From positions 608,001-672,000 of the forward strand of contig CAWIIQ010000001.1 of NCBI GenBank assembly GCA_963836185.1: 64,000 nucleotides of DNA. Direction: 5' to 3'. Below, one piece after another: positions 29,132-38,153 of the stretch (within the stretch, counting starts at the first letter, position 1; each line of letters begins with the position of its first letter). The translations under genes were made by a program, and so were the position numbers. The DNA is from Candidatus Krumholzibacteriia bacterium. GTDB lineage: Bacteria; Krumholzibacteriota; Krumholzibacteriia; Krumholzibacteriales; Krumholzibacteriaceae. The notes beneath the pieces are model-generated. The model was not told the origin of the DNA and searched no databases. It saw nothing but the letters and a program-made list of their open reading frames with translations.

Positions 29132-30451
29132 ATGGGTACGTCGAGGCAGGGCAGAAGCGATAAAGAGACGAAACTTCTCCATGAGGTCGATCCGGCCAGT
29201 CGCCCGCGTGCCTGGATGATCCGGGGATTCGAAGCGGCATCAAGGCTTTCAAGAGCGCTCGAGACCTCGCGCAATCACCGTGAATCGGTCAGCAGCCTTC
29301 TGCGGATCATCTCCAGTGAAATCGGCATCAAGTGTCACGCTGTCTATCTCGATGAGACGGGCGGCGGCGAACTGAGACTGATGCAGAGCGGAGATGTGCA
29401 GCCGGAGACGCTCCCCCTGACGATAAACGCGGGATCCGCTTTCGCCGAATGGCTCGGCCGGACCTCGTCACCCGAACTAATGGAAGGTTTCTTCAGTTCG
29501 CCCGGCGGTCTGACCGAGAGCGAACTGAACGCCCGGGACGGCTTTGTCCGTGCCGGAACAGGTTCGGCATGCGCGCTGAAGTTCGGAGGCCAGGTCATCG
29601 GTATCTATGTTTTCGATGGAGAAAAGGGAGATGGGAACGGACCCGGTGTCATTCACCCCGCGATATGTATCCTTGCAGGGATCACGGCCGCTTCCATCGC
29701 CAGTCAGCTTATTTCGTCAGATTCGGGCAGGGACGCGGCTGCCCTTGAAAAAGCCCGCGAAAGGGAATTCAGGACTGTGCGGAACGCCGTCCTCGAAAAG
29801 ACGGCTGCTGACCTCGAGACATCACTCGGAGTGCTGAAGAGCGGACTCTGGTCGATCGACCCCGGCGACAGTTCGGTGATGATCGATATGGCGAGGGATG
29901 CCGCCGTCAGTCTCGGCGCCAGGGTAAGGGAACTCGTGGCATTAAGCGCTATCGAGCCGGCCGGCGGGGATGTCGAGATCGAAGAGGTCGACGCGGCCGA
30001 TATCATCGAGGACGTGACCAGGGAGATGATCGCTGATTTCGAGCGAAGGGAACTGACCCTCTCGGTCGATGACCGCTCGGGCGGCAGGAAGCTCCGTATC
30101 GATCCGGGAAAACTTGCCTACGTCGTGCGAAGTGTCATGGAGAATATCCTGCATTCGGCCGAGAGAGGGAGCACAATGGAGATCGTCACGTCTTTGCTCA
30201 CCGAGGGGGCTGATGGATGGGACGGCCCGTGGCTCGTAATCCGTATGAGCGGCGGGACAGGGGCGGAAACAGACGACGCAATAGAGGCGATGCTCGACAG
30301 TCTGGCCTCCGCGCAGGACCACGAGTCAGGGCCGCCCGCGGACTCGGGCCTTACACTCTCGAAATTTATCCTCGAATCACACGGCGGCAGGCTAGATACC
30401 GATGACGATGAGCCGGGCTGCTATTCGGCCTGGCTTCCCCTCGGATATTAA
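29132..30451 (+). CDS. GAF + degenerate histidine-kinase-like protein (no phospho-His)
   Basis: GAF-like N-term; TAADLETSLGVLK in place of SHELRTPL; DPGKL..V...MEN; SGLTLSKFILESHGGRL; WLP; start approximate. Confidence 0.7.
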   Translation: MGTSRQGRSDKETKLLHEVDPASRPRAWMIRGFEAASRLSRALETSRNHRESVSSLLRIISSEIGIKCHAVYLDETGGGELRLMQSGDVQPETLPLTINAGSAFAEWLGRTSSPELMEGFFSSPGGLTESELNARDGFVRAGTGSACALKFGGQVIGIYVFDGEKGDGNGPGVIHPAICILAGITAASIASQLISSDSGRDAAALEKAREREFRTVRNAVLEKTAADLETSLGVLKSGLWSIDPGDSSVMIDMARDAAVSLGARVRELVALSAIEPAGGDVEIEEVDAADIIEDVTREMIADFERRELTLSVDDRSGGRKLRIDPGKLAYVVRSVMENILHSAERGSTMEIVTSLLTEGADGWDGPWLVIRMSGGTGAETDDAIEAMLDSLASAQDHESGPPADSGLTLSKFILESHGGRLDTDDDEPGCYSAWLPLGY

Positions 30452-30481
30452 AAAAAAGGCGGCTCCGTAAGGAACCGCCCC
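30451..30481 (-). terminator. Rho-independent terminator of the cyclophilin gene
   Basis: On the minus strand GGCGGTTCC-TTAC-GGAGCCGCC-TTTTTTT. Confidence 0.8.
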
Positions 30482-30511
30482 TTGAGATCTATATATTTCC
30501 CTTAAGGAAAC

Positions 30512-31117
30512 TTATTCTTCCTCATCCGTCATGAGAGTCGTCGCCTTGATGATGACCGGCTTTGTGGGTACATCGGCGTAGGCGCCCTTGGTCGTCGTCT
30601 GGACCATTTCTATCTTGTCGATGACCTCGGTGCCTTCGATGACCTTTCCGAAGACACAGTACCCGTATCCAGCCTGGGTCTTGTCCTTGTGGTCGAGGCC
30701 GGTATTATTTACGGTGTTGATGAAGAACTGGCTCGTGGCGCTGTTGACGACATTCGTCCTCGCCATCGCGAGGGTGTACTTCTTGTTCTTCAGCCCGTTA
30801 TCTGCTTCGTTCTTGATCGGGGGAGCGGTCTCCTTCTGGGCCATGTCTGTCGTGAACCCGCCGCCCTGGATCATGAAGCCTTTGATCACCCTGTGGAATA
30901 TCGTCCCGCTGTAGTAACCTTTCTCGACATAGTTGAGAAAGTTAGCCACGGATTCGGGAGCCTTGTCGGGGTAAAGCTCGATCGTGAAGCCGCCTACATT
31001 CGTTTTTACGTAGACATGCGGGTACTTGTTTTCCACGGGCTTCTCCTGTGAGGAAGCCGGGATCGAGGCGGCCAGGATCAATGCCACCGTCAAAAGAGCC
31101 GGTATAAATTTCATCAT
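30512..31117 (-). CDS. Periplasmic cyclophilin-type peptidyl-prolyl isomerase
   Basis: Signal peptide; FHRVIKGFMIQGGG, MARTN, SATSQFFIN, GYCVFG. Confidence 0.95.
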   Translation of the reverse strand: MMKFIPALLTVALILAASIPASSQEKPVENKYPHVYVKTNVGGFTIELYPDKAPESVANFLNYVEKGYYSGTIFHRVIKGFMIQGGGFTTDMAQKETAPPIKNEADNGLKNKKYTLAMARTNVVNSATSQFFINTVNNTGLDHKDKTQAGYGYCVFGKVIEGTEVIDKIEMVQTTTKGAYADVPTKPVIIKATTLMTDEEE

Positions 31118-31368
31118 CTCGGTGTCACCTCCACAGTTCGAGAGATTCTCATCTGAATAATGGGTAATATATCCTATCCATTACGCCATGTACAGTCAAA
31201 GAAAGGACAAAACCACCCCCTACAGGCGGGAATCCGACACAAAATGACATGTAAAATAAAGAATTATGACGATTTCGGACTTTTTTCTTTCAGCCTTTAC
31301 GATATTTCTGTTAACATCAGGTCGAAGCGGCTGAATTGGCCTTTAAACAATATTCGAGGGGCCTTATC

Positions 31369-32253
31369 ATGAGTCGAAAACTCACTTACGAGCATGTCGA
31401 CGTCTTTACGGACAAGCCTTATGCGGGGAATCAGCTCGCCGTATTCCATACACCGGGCAAACTTACCAAGCCGCAGATGCAGAGTATCGCCCGCGAGATG
31501 AATTTCTCTGAGACCACATTCATCTATCCGACGAAGGCAGCGGGAGTCGACGCGAAGGTGCGTATTTTCACGCCATACGAGGAGGTCCCGTTCGCCGGGC
31601 ACCCGACGCTGGGGACCGCCTATGTCATTCATAAGCGCACCAAGGGGAAGAAATCGCTCCATATGACGTTCGAGCTCGATGCCGGGCTCATCGATGTCGA
31701 TGTTTCGGGGTCGCAGAAGAAGGGGTACACCTTCACGATGACCCAGCCCCTGCCCGAGTTCGGCACAGCGCTGCAGAACAGGGGGCAGGCTGCCAGGGCG
31801 GTCGGCATCGGGCCGTTCGAGGTCGTCGGAGGGGGGGTAGTCTCCAACGGGCTCGATTTTCTCATCGTCGAGGCGAGGGATTCCGAGGTCGTCAGCCGCG
31901 CGCGGCTGAACATGGAAGAGGCCTCCAACGTCACGACGAGACACAAGGTGATCGGGATCTACCTGTTCGCTCGCGTGGAGAGCAGGAAGATCAATGTGCA
32001 CGCGAGATTCTTCGCCCCTGCCGTGGGCGTGTTCGAGGACCCCGCGACAGGTTCGGCGGCCGGTGCGCTGGGTGGTTACCTGGCAAGGATCCTGAAGTTC
32101 CCTCCCGAGTTGAAGCTCAATATCGAGCAGGGAAAAGAGATGGGGAGGCCGTCACTGCTGCACGCTCACGTGAAGTGCGACCGCGGTCTCGTCCAGGGCG
32201 TGGCAGTTTCGGGCAAGGTTGTATGTGTCGGAGAAGGCACAATTACGATATGA
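31369..32253 (+). CDS. PhzF-family isomerase/epimerase
   Basis: VDVFT..GNQLAV, EMNFSET, EVPFAGHPTLG, EDPATGSA, EQG..MGRPS. Confidence 0.93.
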   Translation: MSRKLTYEHVDVFTDKPYAGNQLAVFHTPGKLTKPQMQSIAREMNFSETTFIYPTKAAGVDAKVRIFTPYEEVPFAGHPTLGTAYVIHKRTKGKKSLHMTFELDAGLIDVDVSGSQKKGYTFTMTQPLPEFGTALQNRGQAARAVGIGPFEVVGGGVVSNGLDFLIVEARDSEVVSRARLNMEEASNVTTRHKVIGIYLFARVESRKINVHARFFAPAVGVFEDPATGSAAGALGGYLARILKFPPELKLNIEQGKEMGRPSLLHAHVKCDRGLVQGVAVSGKVVCVGEGTITI

Positions 32254-32266
32254 TCCGGAAATCGTT

Positions 32267-32294
32267 TTGAAATATAAGGTGCTTGTGATATAAT
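32267..32294 (+). promoter_or_regulatory. Near-consensus sigma70 promoter with extended -10 in a convergent intergenic region
   Basis: TTGAAA-16 bp-TATAAT preceded by TGn. Confidence 0.6.
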
Positions 32295-32299
32295 ACGCC

Positions 32300-32405
32300 G
32301 GGTACTGCATATTTACTTGTTGTACTGATTGAAAATTTACCGGAAAAGGTTTCTGAGGAGGTGGCCCGCGTGACCCTTTCGACGGATCTCTTTTCCGGTT
32401 TTTTT
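32300..32405 (+). ncRNA. Candidate small RNA (or small-peptide mRNA)
   Basis: Orphan promoter upstream; stem ACCGGAAAAG/CTTTTCCGGT followed by a T-run; no long ORF. Confidence 0.4.
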
Positions 32406-32425
32406 AATGAAAAGGACTTTATAAG

Positions 32426-32455
32426 CCATGGGGCGGGATAAATCCCGCCCCATGG
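32426..32455. terminator. Perfect hairpin between convergent genes
   Basis: CCATGGGGCGGGA-TAAA-TCCCGCCCCATGG. Confidence 0.7.
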
Positions 32456-32481
32456 AGTAAGTGAACAACTTCCGCTCGTGC

Positions 32482-34521
32482 TTATTTCATTAAGTAATCC
32501 TCAAACCACTCATGAAGTGACGCCCACCAGAATTCCGCGTTCTGAGGCTTCCCGATGAAGTGGTACTCGTCGGGGAAGAAGAGGAGCTTCGACGGCACAC
32601 CCTGCCTCTGAAGGGCGGTGAAGAACTCCAACCCCTGCGTGTAAGGCACCCTGTAATCGTGCTCTCCGTGGACGACGAGGCACGGGGTCGTAAACTCGGC
32701 CGCGAACCTGTGAGGCGAGAACTTCTCGTACATATCGAGGTTGGTCCACGGCGTTCCCTCGTATTCCCACTCGGGGAACCACAGTTCTTCGGTCGCGCCG
32801 TACATCGATTCGAGGTTGTAGACTCCGGCGTGCGATACGAGGCAGTCGAACCTGTCGGTATGTCCCTCGATCCAGTTGATCATGTAACCTCCGTACGAGG
32901 CTCCAGCTGCGCCGATCCTCTCTGCGTCGATATAATCGAAGTTCTCGAGGATGTAGTCGAGGCCCTTCATGATGTCCTCGTAAGGCGCTCCGCCCCAGTC
33001 GCCGCTGATAGCGTCGGTGAACGCCTGGCCGTAACCGGTACTCCCGGTGAAGTTGACCGTCGATACGACGTATCCGGGCGAGGCGAACATCTGGACGTTC
33101 CAGCGGTAGTGGAAGTTGTCGCTGAACGCTCCCTGCGGGCCGCCGTGTATGAGCAGGATCATCGGGTACTTCTTTCCCTCCTCGTAGAAGGGGGGCTTCG
33201 TGACCAGCCCGTGGACCTGCCGCCCCTCGGCTCCCGTAAACCAGAACTCCTCGACCGGATTCATCTCGAGTTCGGAGACGAGCTTGTCGTTGATCCCGGT
33301 TAGCTTTTTAACGTTCTTGCCCGAAGTCGACGCTCTGTATAGCTCGGTCGGCTCGTTGACCCTCTGGCGCGGGAAGACGAGTGTATTCCCGTCGGGGGTC
33401 ACGCGAAGGTTATTGTCGTACGCGCCGGTGATAATGAGTTTCGCGGCGCCGCCTTTGACCGAGACCTTTCCTATCGAATAGCGCCCCTTGTCCTGGGTGG
33501 CGAAATAGAGGTCGCGGCTGTTCGGCGCCCAGTCGAAGTTTCCGATGCTGTAGTCGAACTCGTCGGTCAGTGTCGTTTTCTTTCCTGACCTGCGGTCGTA
33601 AAGAGTGACCGTCTGCCTGTCGGCCTCGAATCCAGCCCTCTCCATCGAGCGCCAGGCTATGTACCTGCCGTCGGGCGAATAGCGCGGATTGTTGTCGTTG
33701 GCCGGATTGTCGGAGGTAAGGCATTTCGCCTCTCCGCCCTCAACGGGGACGATCCATATGTCGTTATTAGTCGAGATCGCCACCATCGGGTCGGGATTGA
33801 GCGTGTAGCAGATCTCCTTTCCGTCGGGCGAGAAGTCGTAGTCCCGGTATCCGCCGAGTGAGATCGGTGGAACGTCAGTCCGGCCCTTGTTGATCTCAAC
33901 GAGGTTCTTCCCATCGGTGTCGACGATGAAGAGATGGTCCCAGCGCCCTTCCCGCCAGTAGTTCCAGTGCCTGAACAGCAGGTGGTCTATCATGCGCGCA
34001 TTGACCTTGCTGTTTTCGTCCTCCTCGAGCTTCTTTTCGTTGCAGTCCATGTCCTCGCATTCGGGGTAGACGCTCGATGTGAAAGCGAACCTTTTGCCGT
34101 CTGGTGACCAGAGAGGCGATGAGACACCGGTCGGGATGTCGGTGATCTTCTTCGCCTCGCCGCCGTCTACCGGGATCACCCAGATCTGGGGCGAACCGCC
34201 GCGCGACGATACGAAAGCGAGCTTCTTTCCGTCCGGCGACCAGCAGGGTGACCGGTCGGACGACTCGCTTCGCACGAAGCGGTACGGATCGCCGCCTTTG
34301 ACAGGGACGAGGTAGATGTCGGTGTTCGAGGAGTTCGCTTCCTTGTCGAACCAGGTGACGGTAAAGGCTATGTTTTTTCCGTCGGGCGATACCTCGAAGC
34401 TTCCGATGCGCCCCATGGCGATCAGGTCGTCGAAGGTGATCGCTCGTTTCTCCGCTGTCGCGGAAATGGCTCCCGCGAGGAGGACGACGGCGATTATCAG
34501 GATCGATCCAGCGCGCTTCAT
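32482..34521 (-). CDS. Secreted S9 peptidase (dipeptidyl-peptidase 5-like)
   Basis: Signal peptide, SPDG repeats, IHGGPQ, GASYGG, DYRV, DEYH. Confidence 0.95.
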   Translation of the reverse strand: MKRAGSILIIAVVLLAGAISATAEKRAITFDDLIAMGRIGSFEVSPDGKNIAFTVTWFDKEANSSNTDIYLVPVKGGDPYRFVRSESSDRSPCWSPDGKKLAFVSSRGGSPQIWVIPVDGGEAKKITDIPTGVSSPLWSPDGKRFAFTSSVYPECEDMDCNEKKLEEDENSKVNARMIDHLLFRHWNYWREGRWDHLFIVDTDGKNLVEINKGRTDVPPISLGGYRDYDFSPDGKEICYTLNPDPMVAISTNNDIWIVPVEGGEAKCLTSDNPANDNNPRYSPDGRYIAWRSMERAGFEADRQTVTLYDRRSGKKTTLTDEFDYSIGNFDWAPNSRDLYFATQDKGRYSIGKVSVKGGAAKLIITGAYDNNLRVTPDGNTLVFPRQRVNEPTELYRASTSGKNVKKLTGINDKLVSELEMNPVEEFWFTGAEGRQVHGLVTKPPFYEEGKKYPMILLIHGGPQGAFSDNFHYRWNVQMFASPGYVVSTVNFTGSTGYGQAFTDAISGDWGGAPYEDIMKGLDYILENFDYIDAERIGAAGASYGGYMINWIEGHTDRFDCLVSHAGVYNLESMYGATEELWFPEWEYEGTPWTNLDMYEKFSPHRFAAEFTTPCLVVHGEHDYRVPYTQGLEFFTALQRQGVPSKLLFFPDEYHFIGKPQNAEFWWASLHEWFEDYLMK

Positions 34522-34698
34522 TCCGGCTCCTTCCGGTTGGATACAGGATATCTGCTTCCCGGCGATTCTAGAAGATGCGGGCCTTCTGAGGCAACCCTTT
34601 TGGCTTTTCCCTTGAATCGGCCCGGTATTGTGAATAGTCTGAACGCATCTCATGCGGATATATGTATATTTGACTTCTGAAATCTCCCGGAGGAGACA

Positions 34699-35625
34699 AT
34701 GACTGAGATGATTGCTGTAAAAGAGATAAGTAAGAGCTTCGGCGATGTCCGGGCGGTTAGGGGAATCAGCTTCTCTGTGGAGAAGGGGGAGATATTCGGG
34801 TTCCTCGGCCCGAACGGAGCGGGAAAGACGACCACGATCTCGATGCTCTCCGGACTGCTCAAGCCCGATTCGGGATCGATCACGATAGACGGTATGGACA
34901 TGAACTCAAGCGGGAGGGAGATCAGGCGCATCATGGGGATCATTCCCCAGGAGATAGCCCTCTACGAGGAACTCTCGGGGAGGGACAACCTCCTCTTCTG
35001 GGGAGGTCTTTACGGACTTTCCGGGGGAGAGCTGAAGGACCGCGTCGATCACGCGCTCGAGCTCGTCGACCTGACCGACCGCGCGAAAGACGCGGTGAGG
35101 ACCTACTCGGGCGGCATGAAGCGGAGGGTCAACCTCTGCGCCGGGCTCGTCCATGATCCGAAGATCATCCTGCTCGACGAGCCGACTCTGGGTATAGACC
35201 CTCAGGCACGCATCAGGATTCTCGACGTCGTCAAGGGTCTCGCCTCCGAGGGCAAGACGGTAATATATACGACCCACTACCTCGAGGAGGCGGAGCAGCT
35301 CTGCGATCGTATCGCGATCATAGACGAGGGGACGGTGCACGCCTCGGGGACACTGGCCGAACTGGTCGAACTGGTAGGGGGGAAGATCATGGTCTCGGTC
35401 ACAGGGGATTTCAGCGCCGGCGAGGCGAAGCAGGTACTCGGCGACTCGGAATTCGACCATATCTCCGATGGAGAGCTGCGCGTGAAACTGCTCGACCGTG
35501 ATGAAACAGGCAGGCTGCTCGGCGGCTTTTTTTCCGCCGGTATGCATATCGACGGTGTGGCGATAAGAGAACCGAGCCTCGAAAGCGTTTTCCTCCAGGT
35601 CACGGGAAGGGAGCTGAGGGACTAG
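34699..35625 (+). CDS. ABC-2 type exporter ATP-binding protein
   Basis: GPNGAGKTT, YSGGMKRR, LLDEPT, YTTHY. Confidence 0.96.
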   Translation: MTEMIAVKEISKSFGDVRAVRGISFSVEKGEIFGFLGPNGAGKTTTISMLSGLLKPDSGSITIDGMDMNSSGREIRRIMGIIPQEIALYEELSGRDNLLFWGGLYGLSGGELKDRVDHALELVDLTDRAKDAVRTYSGGMKRRVNLCAGLVHDPKIILLDEPTLGIDPQARIRILDVVKGLASEGKTVIYTTHYLEEAEQLCDRIAIIDEGTVHASGTLAELVELVGGKIMVSVTGDFSAGEAKQVLGDSEFDHISDGELRVKLLDRDETGRLLGGFFSAGMHIDGVAIREPSLESVFLQVTGRELRD

Positions 35626-35626
35626 G

Positions 35627-36901
35627 ATGAAAGCGATACTCGGCATCCTCGCGAACGATATCAGGCGCCGATTGAAGAATCCCCTGTCGGTGATCCTGAT
35701 GCTGCTGATACCTGTTTCCATGACACTTATCATAGGAATGGTCTTCGGCCCTGAAGGTGATGTAGACATGCCGAAGATCAAGGTCCTTCTCGTCGATAAC
35801 GACGGTGGCTTCTTCGGCGGGTTCCTCAGGCAGGGGATGCAGCAGGGAGAGCTCGGCGATATGCTCGATATCACGGAGGTCACCGCTGCCGAAGGTGAGA
35901 AGATGATGGCCGGAGGGGACGCATCGGCGCTGATAGAGATCCCCGAAGGCTTCACATCGAATGTCCTCGACGGCCTTCCCGCCGAGATAAGGCTCGTGAA
36001 GAATCCATCGGAGGCGTTTCTCCCGATCGTAGTGGCGGAGATAACGAAGACGATGGCGGTACTTCTCGACGGAGGGACGAGGATATTCAACGCGCCCCTG
36101 TCCAAGATGCGGACGGTCGTCGACCAGGAGAGCTGGCCCGCCGCCTCGGACATGGAAGAGGTGATGGACGGGGCGAAAAACGGAGTCATACTCGCCTACG
36201 GATATATCGCGGACTCGCTTATCACATTCACCGACGAGGTCGCGGCGCTTCCTGATTCCGTCTCTGCCGCCGACGATCCGGTCGTCAGTGATTTCAATAT
36301 TTTCGCCTATGTCATGCCGGGCAGCATGATGATCGGCCTCCTGTTCATCGTAGAGCTCGTCCTTCGCGATCTGCTTCGCGAGAGGAAGGCGGGGACGCTG
36401 AAAAGGATGCTGGCCGCTCCGGTCACGACGGGACAGGCGGTCGCCGGAAAGGTCGGGGCCGCGTTCGCGATAACCCTGATATCGTGTCTCATACTTCTCG
36501 CGGTGAGCGGCCTGGGCTTCGGGGTCGACCTCGGGGATCCGTCCGCCCTTTTTCTCCATACGATCGCTACGATACTGATGTGCACCGGCGTCATGACCTT
36601 TCTCTACGGGGCGATCAGCAACGAGAGGGCGGCCGACGCTGTGATGTCCGTCGTCATCATCGTGATGGCACTGTTCGGCGGAAGTATGGTCCCGATCGAG
36701 CAGATGCCCTCGTCTCTTCAGGCGGCGGGCAGGTTTTCGCCGGTCTACTGGGCCGCGCAGGGTATGAAAGAGATATTCGTACTCGGGGCGGGTGTCTCCG
36801 ATATCGGCATCCATCTCCTCGTACTTTCGCTCATGGGAGTGTGCACGATTATCCCGGGCATACTGCTCATACGCGCCAGGCTCGCGAAAGGGGGGTGGTG
36901 A
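35627..36901 (+). CDS. ABC-2 type exporter permease
   Basis: N-term TM, large periplasmic loop, ERKAGTLKR, FGG.MVP, SPVYWA. Confidence 0.92.
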   Translation: MKAILGILANDIRRRLKNPLSVILMLLIPVSMTLIIGMVFGPEGDVDMPKIKVLLVDNDGGFFGGFLRQGMQQGELGDMLDITEVTAAEGEKMMAGGDASALIEIPEGFTSNVLDGLPAEIRLVKNPSEAFLPIVVAEITKTMAVLLDGGTRIFNAPLSKMRTVVDQESWPAASDMEEVMDGAKNGVILAYGYIADSLITFTDEVAALPDSVSAADDPVVSDFNIFAYVMPGSMMIGLLFIVELVLRDLLRERKAGTLKRMLAAPVTTGQAVAGKVGAAFAITLISCLILLAVSGLGFGVDLGDPSALFLHTIATILMCTGVMTFLYGAISNERAADAVMSVVIIVMALFGGSMVPIEQMPSSLQAAGRFSPVYWAAQGMKEIFVLGAGVSDIGIHLLVLSLMGVCTIIPGILLIRARLAKGGW

Positions 36902-36903
36902 GG

Positions 36904-38142
36904 ATGAGGACCGGAAGGACGCACGCTATATGGAAGATTGCTTCGTGCGATTTCAGGCTGACGATGAGAGAGAAGAGCGCCGTGCTCTGGATATTCCTCA
37001 TGCCGCTCGCCTTCATGACCTTCTTCGGCCTCTCATTCGGCGGCGGATCGGGAGGAACACCGACGGCGACCCTGACCGTCGAGAACAACGACGACGGATA
37101 CCTCTCGGGCGATCTCATTTCGCTTCTCGCCGGGGAGAACTATTACATCCAGATGAGCGATACCCTGTCCGAAGGAAGGAATCGCGTGCGGACGCTGGTC
37201 ATCCCCGAAGGATTTACAGATAGCGTGCTCGGCCGTAAGCGGGTCGAACTTGCCCTGTTACGAGACAGGGGCTCGAACAGGAACGCCGGCGAAGCCGCAT
37301 CGGCTGCCGTGATAAGGAGCATCGCGAAACTCGTGAGCGGGCTCGTCGAGATCGAGAACGGCCTGATAAACGAAGGTTCCGGTTCGATCGATGTCCGCGG
37401 CGACTCGCTGTACGGATCCCTTCTCCTCGTAACGAAGGAGCAGGACGGGATGGAGGGTGTCATCGAGGCCCGGATCGATACGCTTCTCATGCGTCCGGCG
37501 AATATCACGGTCAGATCGGAGGTCGCCGGCAGAGGAGAGGATATCCCGCGAGGGTTCCAGTCGTCGGTCCCGGGCAGCCTCGTCATGTTTGTCCTGATGT
37601 CGATGCTCTTCAGCGGCTCGGTGATAACCGCCGAGAGGAAGGACGGGGTACTCAGGCGTATCGGGATGTCACCTGCCGGCAAGGGCGATGTCGTGGCCGG
37701 AAAACTGCTCGGGCGGATCCTGATCGCCGCGGCCCAGATCGTATTCCTTCTGGCCGTCGGCAGGTTTGTCTTCGGGGTCTCTCTCGGGGCCAGCCCGGTC
37801 GGGCTCTTTTTCCTGATGCTCACCTTCGCTTTCGCGATGGGATCGCTGTCGATACTTTTCGGCGCGCTCTTCACCGATCCCGACCAGGTCACGACGATCG
37901 GTGTGATCACGGCGATGGCGATGTCGGCTCTCGGGGGATGCTGGTGGCCGATCGAGGTTGTATCGGCGCCGATGAAGGTGGTCGCCTATTGCCTGCCGAC
38001 CGGATGGACGATAAGCGGGATCCACAGGCTGATATCGTTCGGCCTGGGAATGCCGGCCGTACTTCCTCATATAGCGATGCTTTTCCTGTTCGGAGCGGTA
38101 TTCCTGGTGATAGGAGCGAAGCGTCTCAAGTGGGATGTGTGA
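36904..38142 (+). CDS. ABC-2 type exporter permease
   Basis: ERKDGVLRR, GKLLG, LGGCWWPIE, LPTGW. Confidence 0.92.
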   Translation: MRTGRTHAIWKIASCDFRLTMREKSAVLWIFLMPLAFMTFFGLSFGGGSGGTPTATLTVENNDDGYLSGDLISLLAGENYYIQMSDTLSEGRNRVRTLVIPEGFTDSVLGRKRVELALLRDRGSNRNAGEAASAAVIRSIAKLVSGLVEIENGLINEGSGSIDVRGDSLYGSLLLVTKEQDGMEGVIEARIDTLLMRPANITVRSEVAGRGEDIPRGFQSSVPGSLVMFVLMSMLFSGSVITAERKDGVLRRIGMSPAGKGDVVAGKLLGRILIAAAQIVFLLAVGRFVFGVSLGASPVGLFFLMLTFAFAMGSLSILFGALFTDPDQVTTIGVITAMAMSALGGCWWPIEVVSAPMKVVAYCLPTGWTISGIHRLISFGLGMPAVLPHIAMLFLFGAVFLVIGAKRLKWDV

Positions 38143-38153
38143 CGGCCGGTCCG

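Noticed and set aside
31369-32253. Phenazine biosynthesis
   Set aside because: Lone PhzF-family gene with no phzA/B/D/E/G; the family is widespread outside phenazine producers.
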